Of a stretch of DNA of 64,000 bases, positions 1 through 10,045 are shown piece after piece (the first letter of the stretch is position 1; each line of letters begins with the position of its first letter). Below the pieces are notes generated by a model. It was not told the DNA's origin, did not search any database, and saw only the letters and a list, made by a program, of their open reading frames with translations. Location: positions 714-64,713 of the forward strand of contig CARSXK010000003.1 in NCBI GenBank assembly GCA_949065595.1, in the 5' to 3' direction. The stretch is from an uncultured Bacilli bacterium (GTDB lineage: Bacteria; Bacillota_I; Bacilli_A; RF39; UBA660). The position numbers and the translations under genes are program-made.

Positions 1-1
1 T

Positions 2-2263
2 AAAAATGAGTTATCGTTAAGTCGAGAAGAGAAAGTTAAAATCTTTTTGGGTTATTTTAAAGGTAGGGATGATGTTTACCCATATTTATCAATAGATAAA
101 AATAATCCTAACATTAAATATTATATTCCAGCCTGCGCAAACGAATGGAAAAAAGGCATATGTAATAAAACAATGGGCAAAAAATGTAAGAATTGTCAAT
201 ACAGAGAAAATAAACCTTTATCAAAGGAAGTTATTTATAAGCATATGTATGAAAATAATCCAATTGGAATTTATCCATTGTTAGAAAATGATACTTGTTA
301 TTTTCTTGTTTTAGATTTCGATAATAAAAATACAAATAATGATATTAAGAGTGATGTGTTAGCATTTGCTAATATCTGTGATAAGTATGAAATTCCGATC
401 GCTATAGAACGAAGTAGATCTGGAAAGGGTTTACATATTTGGATTTTCTTTGATATAAATATTAAAGCAATAACTGCCAGAAAATTGGGAAGTCTATTGC
501 TATCTAAGACTATGGAAATAAGCAATATTTCTATTTCATCATTTGATAGAATGTTTCCTAATCAAGACACGCTACCAAAGGGTGGATATGGTAATTTAAT
601 AGCCCTACCATTTCAAAATGAACCATCTAAATATGGAAACACAATATTTGTTGATAGAAATTTCATTCAAGTTAATGACGATCAAATACAATATTTAAAT
701 TCTATTCATAAATTAACAGAGACCGAAGTTTTTGAAAAAATTAAAAAACTATCAAATGAAACTATTGATATAGGTCATGAGATAGTCGATATGAAAAAAG
801 AAGTAAATGATAAATGTAAAAATAATATAGAATATCCTAAAAGTATTAAGGTAATTTTAAATGATATGATTTATATCGATAAAGCTAATCTTAACTCAAT
901 TGTTAAAAATAGCTTTAGAAGACTTGCGACTTTTGCTAATCCTGAATTTTACAAAAATCAAAAATTAAGAATGTCTGTATATAATATTCCGATGGTTATC
1001 GATTGTAGTAAAGAAGACGACAAATATTTGAAATTGCCAAGAGGAACGTATGAATACTTAGAAAGTTTGTGTAAAACGAATAATATTAAAATAATTAAAA
1101 TTGATAAACGTTTTAAAGGAAATAAAATTGATGTTACTTTTAACGGAAATTTAAGAGATGAGCAACAAAAGGCTCTTGATAACCTGCTAAAATATGATAA
1201 TGGAATATTATGTGCACCGACAGGATTTGGTAAAACTGTTATAGGATGTAAAATAATAGAAGAGCGAAAAGTTAACACTTTAATTTTGGTAAATAAAATA
1301 CAACTACTTAATCAATGGAAAGATAGAATTAAAGAGTTCTTAAATATTAGTGAGGTTGGAGAAATAAGTGGTAAAAGGAAGAATATCACCAATATAATTG
1401 ATGTTGTTAGTATAAAATCCATATGGAATAATGGTGAAGTGTTAGATATTGCAAAAAATTATGGAATGATTATTATTGATGAATGTCATCATACAGCAGC
1501 ATATACTTTTGAACAAACAATAAATACTGGAAATGCTAAATATGTTTATGGTATTTCTGCCACTCCTGAGCGAGAAAATGGACATACACCAATTATAAAA
1601 ATGCAATGTGGTGATATTAGGTATAAAGTAGATAGTTTGAAATTCAATAAAGAATTGAATATTCCAATGAAAGTAATTGTAAAGAAAAGCCATTTAAATT
1701 TTACTAATCCTAATATTGATAATTATGAATTAAATGAAATTAATGACTTAATAGCAAAGGATATTATACGTAGTGAAAATATTATTAAGGATATAAAAAA
1801 AGAATATTAAAATGGAAAAAACATTTTAATTTTAACTGAACGATTAGAACTTATGAATTATATTTATGATAAACTTTCTAAATATACAAGTAATATTTTC
1901 AAATATTATGGTGGAATAGGTAAAAAGGTGCTTAAACATTATGAAGAACTAACGAATCAAATCAATGAGCTTGGCAGTAATAAAATTATAGTTGCTACAG
2001 GATCGTATATTGGTGAAGGATTCGATGATTCAAAACTTGACGTATTATTCTTAACTATGCCTATTTCTGGACAAACAAGGGTAACACAATATGCAGGAAG
2101 ATTACATAGAAAAGATGACAACAAAAAAGAAATATTAATTTATGATTATGTTGATGATAATTTTGCCAAAACCCGTAATATGTTTTTAAGAAGAAAAAAG
2201 ACATATGAAAAATTGGGATACGATATAGTAGATGATACTGAACAACAAATAATAAAGATATAA
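2..2263 (+). pseudogene. Primase-polymerase (AEP/PrimPol) fused to an SF2 DExH helicase. It is 5'-partial at the window edge and interrupted by an in-frame TAA at 1808-1810.
   Basis: Frame 2 is open from nt 2, so the N-terminus lies upstream of the window. AEP motifs are FLVLDFD (hhhDhD) and SRSGKGLHIWIFF (sGxGxH), preceded by a Cys-rich zinc finger (CANEW..CNKT..CKNC). Helicase motifs I (APTGFGKT), II (IIDECHH) and III (ISATPER) lie before the stop. Motifs IV (ILILTERLE), V (IVATGSYIGEGFD) and VI (QYAGRLHR) lie after it. ORFs 47..1810 and 1853..2263 are in the same frame, separated only by the TAA. Confidence 0.7.
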
Positions 2264-2419
2264 TTAATATTCATAAAAAGGTAGTTAAGAATATATCAAC
2301 TACCAAAATTTAAAAATTCATATAATACTTGTTAAATTTAAATATTTTTAAATCTATTAAAATAAAGGTAAAAGTACTTAAATAAACTTTGAAGTGCGTG
2401 AACTCTAACCGCCCCTGAA

Positions 2420-2447
2420 GGAGCCGAAAGGCTCCACTTTTTGTTTT
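2420..2447 (+). terminator. Rho-independent terminator after the PrimPol-helicase locus
   Basis: GC-rich hairpin GGAGCC-GAAA-GGCTCC followed by a T-run (ACTTTTTGTTTTT), unusual in this AT-rich context. Confidence 0.6.
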
Positions 2448-2542
2448 TGCTTGAATCTATAGGGGTTTCTAAATTCATCATTTTATAAATGGAAAATGAA
2501 AAATTGAAAAAGAAAATAGAACAGGGATTATAATTATATTAA

Positions 2543-2995
2543 GTGCATAAATTTATTATGGTGATAGTTATTGAACTTTTGAACAATATGAAGAAAAAGT
2601 ATCATAATATTTGTGGTGGTCTACTAATAACCTTTTTTTCATGGACATTGAGTCCCTTATATATCGCTAGTTATGGATACGTATTGCAGAAAAATAAAGA
2701 AAAAAAGAAACTAACAAAGTTATCTAAAAAAATGATAAAAATAGTATCTAAGAATCCACAAATTGGTATAGATTTCCATGTAGAAAAACAATGTGATAAT
2801 GAACAATTATTTAATATGATATACCCAAAAATGAATGATTTATCTGTAAAAGAATTGAAATTATTACGTGACTTTTTATTAAATGGTGTGCAATATAGAG
2901 AATCAAAAATTCCATTTATAGAATACTACCAATATTGTGAGGAAATAGATTGTCTTATTGAGGTAAGGACTAGGAAAAATAGAAAAAATTTCTAG
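2543..2995 (+). CDS. Hypothetical small membrane protein (one N-terminal TM helix plus a cytoplasmic domain). Start uncertain; alternative ATGs at 2558 and 2588.
   Basis: ORF with a hydrophobic segment GGLLITFFSWTLSPLYIASYGYVL. No recognisable motifs. Sits between the PrimPol-helicase and the R-M pair. Confidence 0.35.
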   Translation: MHKFIMVIVIELLNNMKKKYHNICGGLLITFFSWTLSPLYIASYGYVLQKNKEKKKLTKLSKKMIKIVSKNPQIGIDFHVEKQCDNEQLFNMIYPKMNDLSVKELKLLRDFLLNGVQYRESKIPFIEYYQYCEEIDCLIEVRTRKNRKNF

Positions 2996-3436
2996 GTGGC
3001 AAATTTCTAAACTTTGAAAAATATACTTTAATTTATCTTAATTAAAATTGGAAAAAAATGGTTAAAAATAAAGAAAAATTTTGAATTGTAAGCAAAAAAG
3101 GTCAATAAAATAACAAACATATTTTACCTTTTGCAATATCAAACCTTAAAATATGTTTCATAAAATTTTACTTTCATAATATTTCGGTTAATATCATAGG
3201 AAATTACCTATATTCCTCACGTTTAATCATCCGAACTCTAATGTTTTCATTAGTTTCCATTATCTGCAACCAAATTAATAAATAATTATATGGCAGACAT
3301 TCATTTTTACGTACTCTAAATACCTGTTGTAACGATGTTTGTTATAATAACAAAAAACATAAAGATTTCAAATTTAATCATCCAAAACTTTATGTTCAAC
3401 ATTATACATGTTATAATAAGTTTAGATGGTGATTAT

Positions 3437-4219
3437 ATGTTATTAATTCATGAAAGCAACTTTAAAAATAAAATTAATTCGAATTATAAAGGATTAGGAG
3501 AAGTAATTGAAGATTTTTATCAAAATGAATATTTAAAAACTAAAATGGAATTATTGGATATTGATTTTTCTAAAGCTGATGAAGATAATTTTAAAAAAGC
3601 AACAAATATTATTAATGCGTATTATAAAAAACTTGATAAATTTACGAGTGAAAATAATATTACTTCCCAATCAAAGTTTAGATCAACTTTTTTGGAGGAA
3701 TTGAGTTCATATTTATTTGAAGACAATGAATATATTAAAAATGGAATATTGGGTATATATAATAAAGGAATTTATGCTGGGATGAAAATAGGTAATGATT
3801 TAAAAATTAATATTATGAAAAAAGATGTAGACTTTTGTATTGGGAAAAAAGTAAAAATGAAAATTGAGAATCAAGAATTTGAAATCATCTTACCAATTGT
3901 AGCTGTAGAAGTAAAAACTTATTTAGACGCAACAATGTTTGGCGAAGTTCAATATTCAAGTAAACTTATTAAGAATGCAACTCCAAATGCAAAAACATAT
4001 GTTTTAATGGAAACTAATCAGGTCGGAAGTGATAAAATTATTTCCGCAAGATATGATAATGTATTAAATGAAATGTTTGTATTAAGACGTAATGAACAGT
4101 CATTAATTGAATATTCTGTATTGCAAGATTATTATAATGAAATTATTTCTGATATTGCAGATATAGCTGTTGAAAGAGATGTTATCACTCCAGGTAGACT
4201 CATAAATGTTGAAAAATAA
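3437..4219 (+). CDS. Putative type II restriction endonuclease (PD-(D/E)xK fold), cognate to the adjacent C5-MTase
   Basis: VDFCIG...(25 aa)...IVAVEVKT fits the PD...ExK core. It is convergent with, and 10 bp from, the m5C methyltransferase. The start is set at ATG 3437, after a GGTGA RBS, rather than the hydrophobic junk N-terminus of the 3335 ORF. Confidence 0.5.
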   Translation: MLLIHESNFKNKINSNYKGLGEVIEDFYQNEYLKTKMELLDIDFSKADEDNFKKATNIINAYYKKLDKFTSENNITSQSKFRSTFLEELSSYLFEDNEYIKNGILGIYNKGIYAGMKIGNDLKINIMKKDVDFCIGKKVKMKIENQEFEIILPIVAVEVKTYLDATMFGEVQYSSKLIKNATPNAKTYVLMETNQVGSDKIISARYDNVLNEMFVLRRNEQSLIEYSVLQDYYNEIISDIADIAVERDVITPGRLINVEK

Positions 4220-4258
4220 AAAAGCATACTTAATTAAAATATTTAAGTATGTTTTTTG
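4213..4258. terminator. Bidirectional terminator shared by the convergent R and M genes
   Basis: A-run, then a 9-bp stem CATACTTAA/TTAAGTATG, then a T-run. The hairpin overlaps the last codons of the MTase gene. Confidence 0.5.
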
Positions 4259-5348
4259 CTATTGCATCTGCCAGTAATGGAGGAACTGCATTTCCGATTT
4301 GTTGATATTGAGATAAATTTTTTTCCCAAGACATTGTTGTTCTTTTTCCGTGAAAAATATATGTATCAGGAAATGACTGTAATCTTGCTCCTTCTCTGGC
4401 TGTAAAGTTTCTATTAATGAATGGATGAATAAAGTTACTTTGGAAACTTGCTGGAATAGTAGGTGATGGTTTGTTAGGATAAGGTCTCATATTATTTTGT
4501 GAGAAAATTTTTCCACTAACTTTAGATGCATCGCCTCTTTTTCTTTGTTTATGTTCTTCTGCAACGTTTGCAACTGATTCACCATATCCTATTTGCTCAA
4601 ATCTTTCTATTAATCGTTTTGTATGACGCATAGCAATGTGATTATATACCTGTTTACTATTTTTTCTAACCCATTTTTGATAAGAGTTTGTAGGATTGGT
4701 AGCGTAATCCATAGTTTCTTCTCCTTGACCAGATTTTATTTGAGGTAAATCCATAATTGCTTGTTCAATTGTAATTTGTTGATCTCCTAAATAGGTTGGT
4801 TTAGGTCCAATTTTTTCCTCAATAAATTCAATATCATTTCTAATACCTATAAATACTACTCTTACTCTTGTTTGAGGGACTCCATGTTCTGCAGCATTTA
4901 ATTTGCAAATTTTAACATTATATCCTGCCTTATTATATTCTTTTAAAATAAGTTCTTTTACGCTTTCATTGTTTTTAGTTTTCATAGATAAAATACCAGT
5001 TACGTTTTCCATTACAAAAAACTTTGGTTTATAATATTTAACAAATCTTACGAATTCCATAAATAAACTGTTTCTTGGATCGCTTTTGTCCCTATTACCA
5101 CTTAATGAAAAACCTTGACAAGGTGGACCACCAATTATACCATCTATAACTAAATCTTCTGGTAGAAGTTCATCTAAATTTAATATTTGAGTTATATCAG
5201 CAGTAATTACTTTTGTGTTTTTATGATTAGCTTTATATGTTTCGGATGCCCATTCATCTTTTTCGATTGCTAAAGGTATATTAAATCCTTCCATTTCGAA
5301 TCCTAAACTTAATCCTCCACATCCTGCAAATAAATCTATTACATCCAT
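4230..5348 (-). CDS. DNA (cytosine-5)-methyltransferase
   Basis: Motif I FAGCGG, motif IV GGPPCQGFS, motif VI ENV (MENVTGIL), motif X QIGNAVPP. Confidence 0.9.
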   Translation of the reverse strand: MDVIDLFAGCGGLSLGFEMEGFNIPLAIEKDEWASETYKANHKNTKVITADITQILNLDELLPEDLVIDGIIGGPPCQGFSLSGNRDKSDPRNSLFMEFVRFVKYYKPKFFVMENVTGILSMKTKNNESVKELILKEYNKAGYNVKICKLNAAEHGVPQTRVRVVFIGIRNDIEFIEEKIGPKPTYLGDQQITIEQAIMDLPQIKSGQGEETMDYATNPTNSYQKWVRKNSKQVYNHIAMRHTKRLIERFEQIGYGESVANVAEEHKQRKRGDASKVSGKIFSQNNMRPYPNKPSPTIPASFQSNFIHPFINRNFTAREGARLQSFPDTYIFHGKRTTMSWEKNLSQYQQIGNAVPPLLADAIAKNILKYFN

Positions 5349-5825
5349 AATATATATCCTTTCATCGTCATAAACTATTATACCATTATTTTTAGGAAAA
5401 GTCTAAGGTTTTTCAATAATATTTCCTTTTCTTTTGAAGGAAGTACGGTCCTATCAATACCAGAGTTGCAGCTGTTACAGGCTATAAAAAGGGTATTTTG
5501 AACTACAATTAGGAAATTTTACAGGATTAAAGTAGTATAAATAAGATTTCGTCCTTTATGGTGTTAGAATAGAAATATAGATACGAAAAGCTAGAAATGC
5601 CTAGAAAACGGAAGTGTCTATGAAATAGGAACATATAGGTTATGATGAAAATTACAAAAAAAGATAGTAAATTGATATGAATCGGGAAAAAGAAACTAGA
5701 TTTGATAAGAGAATATGGCATATCTTATACCAATATCAACATTTGGATCAAAAAATATGTTACAATTGAGTTAATCCTTTACAAATAATGATTATAATTT
5801 GTTTTTCAGAATGGAGGAATATAAA

Positions 5826-6158
5826 ATGGAAAATAAAATATGTCAAAGTTGTGGTATGCCTATAACTTCAGATGCGCAACTAGGTAAAAATAAAGATGGA
5901 AGTATTAATGCAGATTATTGTAGATATTGCTATCAAAATGGGGAATTTATAGATAAAGTTACTATGGAAGAATATATAGAAATGTGTTCACAATATGGTT
6001 CACAAGCAGGAATGACTAATGAAGAAATGAAAGAATATTGTATGAAGTTATTTCCCACTTTAAAAAGATGGGAATGTACTTGTACTGGTGAATGTGCCAG
6101 TGGTTATAATCCTAATTGTACTTGTGAAAATCCAGAATGTCATTGTAAAGAGAAGTAA
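5826..6158 (+). CDS. Zinc-ribbon domain protein with a Cys-rich, metallothionein-like C-terminal tail
   Basis: CQSCGMPI...CRYC zinc ribbon. C-terminal CTCTGECASGYNPNCTCENPECHC. GGAGGA RBS 9 nt upstream of ATG 5826. Confidence 0.6.
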   Translation: MENKICQSCGMPITSDAQLGKNKDGSINADYCRYCYQNGEFIDKVTMEEYIEMCSQYGSQAGMTNEEMKEYCMKLFPTLKRWECTCTGECASGYNPNCTCENPECHCKEK

Positions 6159-6315
6159 TTCCTACAAGAGATTAAGTTTAGTAGCCTTTAGAAGGTATTT
6201 TTCAAACTTCCTTGATTGACAATAGTATAAATCATAATATGGCCTTCATCAATTTACTAACCAGTATTATACGTGTTATAATATAAGGGAATATTAAAAT
6301 AAAGCGAGGATTTGT

Positions 6316-7239
6316 ATGAAAAATAAAATTGTGTTAATTGGATGTGGAAATGTTGGAATGAGCTATGCATATGCGCTTTTAAATCAGCACACCTATGTAG
6401 ATGAATTAATATTAATTGATATTAATCGAGAAAAAATTGAAGGAGAAGCAGCTGACTTAAATCATTGTCTTGCATACAGCCCTTCTAAAGTAAATGTTTG
6501 TGTGGGTGATTATGCTGATTGTAAAGATGCTAAAATTGTGGTAATAGCGGCTGGTAGTAATCAAGAAGTCGGGGAAACGAGAATGGATTTGATTCATAAA
6601 AACAGTCGTATTTTCAAATCCATTATTGATTCTGTTATGCAGAATGGTTTTGATGGGATCTTTTTGGTAGCCACCAATCCTTTGGATGTAATGACTTGTT
6701 TGACGTTACGATATTCAGGTTTGGATGGGAATAAGGTGATTGGATCAGGAACAACATTGGATACAGCACGGTTAAAATATTTAATTAGTGAAAAGATCCA
6801 AATATGCCCAAAAGATATTCAAGTCTTTGTGATGGGAGAACATGGTGATAGTGAATTTGTTGCGTGGAGTCATGCCAATATTGGTCTTACTGGAATTGAT
6901 GCTTTTTTGACACAATCAGAAAAGAAACAACTGGAAGAAGAGGTTCGAAATGCTGCTTATGAAATTATTCAAAAAAAAGGTGCCACTTATTATGGAATTG
7001 GAATGTGTTTGGTTCGCATTACTTGTGCTATTTTAGAAGATAAAAACATTATTTTACCTGTTTCTAGTTATGATGAAAAAAATAAAATTTGTATTTCAAC
7101 ACCTGCTATCGTCAATCGTAATGGAGTACAAAAGAAGATACATATTCCGCTCAATGAGGAAGAAACGAAATACTTGAATCAATCAATTCAAGTGATTCAA
7201 AACGCTGTAAATATGGTGATAGAAGCGGATATAAAATAA
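6316..7239 (+). CDS. ldh: L-lactate dehydrogenase
   Basis: N-terminal GCGNVG Rossmann motif. Conserved GEHGDSEF and IGSGT motifs. Typical length of 307 aa. Confidence 0.9.
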   Translation: MKNKIVLIGCGNVGMSYAYALLNQHTYVDELILIDINREKIEGEAADLNHCLAYSPSKVNVCVGDYADCKDAKIVVIAAGSNQEVGETRMDLIHKNSRIFKSIIDSVMQNGFDGIFLVATNPLDVMTCLTLRYSGLDGNKVIGSGTTLDTARLKYLISEKIQICPKDIQVFVMGEHGDSEFVAWSHANIGLTGIDAFLTQSEKKQLEEEVRNAAYEIIQKKGATYYGIGMCLVRITCAILEDKNIILPVSSYDEKNKICISTPAIVNRNGVQKKIHIPLNEEETKYLNQSIQVIQNAVNMVIEADIK

Positions 7240-7304
7240 AGTAACTACTTTTTTTCTATTGATTTTGTATCAATTGGTTATAATAAAAAAAGGAGGACAG
7301 GCAA

Positions 7305-8513
7305 ATGAAAAAAAGCTTATTTGCGGCGATTTTTATAATCATGATGCTTTTTGGTATATTTCAAATGGTCAATACGTCCAATAATTCTTATCAAAAAATA
7401 GAAAAAACCTTATACGAAGAAAAAGTTCAAACTCAAATCGAACAACTTACTTTAGAAGAAAAAATTGGTCAAATGTTTATGATTTCTTATTCCAGTGAGA
7501 CAATGAAAAATACAATCAAACAAATAATGGATTATAAGCCTGGTGGTATTATTTTATTTAAAAATAATTTTAAAAGCTATGAAGAAACATATAATCAAAT
7601 TCATCAAATGGAAAGTATAACGACAATTCCTCTGTTTATTTCTGTCGATCAAGAAGGTGGTAGGGTACAGCGACTACAGGAACTAGAGGATGCCTCTGTC
7701 ACTATAATTCCTCCTATGCAGCTGGTAGGTAGTACACGCAATTCTTTATTGAGCTATGGAGTTGGAAAGGTAGTAGGCGAGGAGTTACAGGTTTTTGGTA
7801 TTAATATGGATTTTGCTCCTGTATTAGATATTGTAAGTGATTTCAATAATCAAGTAATTGGAAATCGAAGTTTTGGGTCAGATGCGAAAACTGTGTCCGA
7901 AATGGGGATTGCCTTTGCCAATGGACTAGAGGATAGTGGTGTGATTGCAGTTTACAAACATTTTCCAGGACATGGGAGTACGATATCTGATTCACATTCT
8001 GTTTTGCCTATAATTTCTAAAACAAAAGAAGAGCTTGTCACATCTGATTTGATTCCTTTTCAAAAAGCCATAGATGCTGGGGCTGATATCATTATGGTTG
8101 GACATTTGGCTGTTCCAAGTATCAGTCATGATGAAACACCTGCTTCCTTATCCCCTGCAATTATTACAGGGTTATTGAAAGAGGAAATGGGATATCAAGG
8201 ATTGGTAGTTACAGATGCACTTAATATGGGTGCTATTACTAAATATTATTCTGAAAAAGAAATTTACGAACGTGCCATTCAAGCTGGGGTAGATATTTTA
8301 TTGATGCCAGTGGATTTGGGACGCGCGATTGCTTATATCAAAGAAAGTATTGCTGAAGGGCAAATAACAGAGCAACAAATCGATGAATCGGTGCGAAAGA
8401 TTCTTTTATTAAAATATCAAAAGTTGTCAAGTAAAAAATTAGATAAAACATTTCTCGGTAGTCAAAAACACCAATTTATTATCGAAAAGGTCTATGATTA
8501 TTTTAAAAATTAA
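7305..8513 (+). CDS. Glycoside hydrolase family 3 beta-N-acetylhexosaminidase (NagZ/YbbD-like), with a signal/TM N-terminus
   Basis: ISVDQEGGRVQRL and KHFPGHG GH3 signature motifs. N-terminal hydrophobic segment. Confidence 0.8.
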   Translation: MKKSLFAAIFIIMMLFGIFQMVNTSNNSYQKIEKTLYEEKVQTQIEQLTLEEKIGQMFMISYSSETMKNTIKQIMDYKPGGIILFKNNFKSYEETYNQIHQMESITTIPLFISVDQEGGRVQRLQELEDASVTIIPPMQLVGSTRNSLLSYGVGKVVGEELQVFGINMDFAPVLDIVSDFNNQVIGNRSFGSDAKTVSEMGIAFANGLEDSGVIAVYKHFPGHGSTISDSHSVLPIISKTKEELVTSDLIPFQKAIDAGADIIMVGHLAVPSISHDETPASLSPAIITGLLKEEMGYQGLVVTDALNMGAITKYYSEKEIYERAIQAGVDILLMPVDLGRAIAYIKESIAEGQITEQQIDESVRKILLLKYQKLSSKKLDKTFLGSQKHQFIIEKVYDYFKN

Positions 8514-8614
8514 ATTCTTAAATTTAAAATTTAGAAAATAAATCTAGATTTTTTTCTTTAAAATTCTTTTTTTCATATTCTTCTTGTGATAAAATAAAAA
8601 GAGAATAGGAGTAT

Positions 8615-8890
8615 ATGATTATGGAGAACGAAACAGTGGTAAAAAAGGTTTGGATTCATGGACAATATCAATCTATTGATATTGTAGCAAATTTTATATT
8701 GGAACAAACAGGAAAAGAATATATTATATACACTTTAAATGAAAGTAAAAATGATAGGGTAGTATTATATGCTTCCATTGTGACTGAAAAAGATGGCAAG
8801 CTTGTCTTTGAAACCATTCCAGATGAAGAATGGTTACTTATAAAAGAAAAGATGCGTCAAGTGATTCATAGTGAAGGGGGCAATGCATAA
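8615..8890 (+). CDS. Small DUF1292-like protein
   Basis: 91 aa. KEYIIYT...RVVLYASIV...GKLVFETIPDEEW pattern typical of Gram-positive DUF1292 proteins. RBS AGGAG. Confidence 0.45.
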   Translation: MIMENETVVKKVWIHGQYQSIDIVANFILEQTGKEYIIYTLNESKNDRVVLYASIVTEKDGKLVFETIPDEEWLLIKEKMRQVIHSEGGNA

Positions 8891-9546
8891 TGCAACAAGA
8901 AAAACAAAGAGAATGGATTCAGTGGCATGATATGGACATTTCTATTTCAGGTTACCGTATTTGTATGATTAAACAAGCCGTTTTGACTAAATTGGCTAAT
9001 TTAGATTATCTTGAATGTCAAAGTAAAGCGTATCAAAGGCATTTTGCAAGAGAACAAAAAAAACTAGATCAAGCAATTGGACAAACCAAAGATTTGCTTA
9101 TTACGTCTTCCAATCAAACTGACATCGATCAATTGCACCAAAAAGTTGCATTGTTTGAACGTCTTAAGGAATGCAATCAATCCAATGTAGATCAAGCAAT
9201 TGATAATGAATATGTTAGTGATAGATTGAAAAAAGATATTCAGGAATTAAAAGAGATACCTCGTTTAAAATGGATAAAAAGATTACAATTGAAATTAAGA
9301 ACTTCCGAGGCATATATTCGAGCAAAAGGCAATCTTGAAATTTTCAAAGCCGTAAAATTGGACCGAAAAAATAAAGGAAAAGCAATCAATGATTCATCAT
9401 TAAATGACATTCATCAAAAGGTAGATACTATTTTAAAAGGAACAGAAAATGATCCAACAAGCCGTGCACAATTTGATCATTTAATCAATGGGCTTGCGGC
9501 TGCTTTTCAATCAGAACAGGATGAGAAATCTTCCAAAGGAAAGTAA
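8890..9546 (+). CDS. Hypothetical coiled-coil protein
   Basis: ATGA start/stop overlap with the upstream gene. Strong GGGGG RBS. Charged, helical composition. Confidence 0.5.
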   Translation: MQQEKQREWIQWHDMDISISGYRICMIKQAVLTKLANLDYLECQSKAYQRHFAREQKKLDQAIGQTKDLLITSSNQTDIDQLHQKVALFERLKECNQSNVDQAIDNEYVSDRLKKDIQELKEIPRLKWIKRLQLKLRTSEAYIRAKGNLEIFKAVKLDRKNKGKAINDSSLNDIHQKVDTILKGTENDPTSRAQFDHLINGLAAAFQSEQDEKSSKGK

Positions 9547-9561
9547 TTGCTTTCCTTTTTT
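9538..9561 (+). terminator. Rho-independent terminator
   Basis: GGAAAG-TAATTG-CTTTCC followed by TTTTTT. Confidence 0.6.
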
Positions 9562-9623
9562 GTTAATCAAATTTGGTTGTATTTTTGATATAACAATAGT
9601 ATAATTTAATTAGGTGATGATTT

Positions 9624-10043
9624 ATGTTTTATATATGGATTGCAATTATTATTTTGCTCGCGATTGTAGAGGTAATGACCATTAATTTAACAACCATATG
9701 GTTTGTGGTAAGTGGGTTACTTGCTCTTGCCCTTTCTTTCATCAATGACAATTTTATGATACAAGTTGGCGTATTTTGTCTTGTCGGAATCCTATTATTA
9801 ATTACAACAAGACCAATATTACAAAAATGGCTTTCTACTAAAAAAGTAAGAACCAATTTAGATCGTATTATTGGAATGAAGGGAATTGTGACCGAAGAGA
9901 TTTTAAAAAATGGGACAGGAGAAGTAAAAGTAGATGGAAAAAAATGGACAGCTTTTGCAGATCAAGAAATAAAGGTTGATAGTACTGTAAAAGTATTATT
10001 AATAGATGGTGTAAAGATTAAAGTAGAGGAATGGGAGGATTAA
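9624..10043 (+). CDS. NfeD-family membrane protein (short form, OB-fold C-terminus)
   Basis: N-terminal TM helices plus a C-terminal beta-rich domain (GEVKVDGKKWTA...VKVLLIDGVKIKV). Immediately precedes an SPFH gene, the classic NfeD-SPFH operon. Confidence 0.75.
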   Translation: MFYIWIAIIILLAIVEVMTINLTTIWFVVSGLLALALSFINDNFMIQVGVFCLVGILLLITTRPILQKWLSTKKVRTNLDRIIGMKGIVTEEILKNGTGEVKVDGKKWTAFADQEIKVDSTVKVLLIDGVKIKVEEWED

Positions 10044-10045
10044 CT

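Noticed and set aside
298-1693. Minus-strand ORFs (298..525, 958..1278, 1442..1693) inside the PrimPol-helicase gene. Similar antisense ORFs occur inside other genes, e.g. 10546..10830, 16879..17181 and 60397..60792.
   Set aside because: They are embedded antisense to long, motif-rich genes and have low-complexity composition and no RBS. They are typical spurious ORFs in AT-rich DNA.
5527-5721. Minus-strand 64-aa ORF in the MTase / zinc-ribbon intergenic region, and a 30-codon plus-strand ORF at 5678..5770.
   Set aside because: No RBS and low-complexity hydrophobic sequence. The region is more likely divergent promoter DNA.
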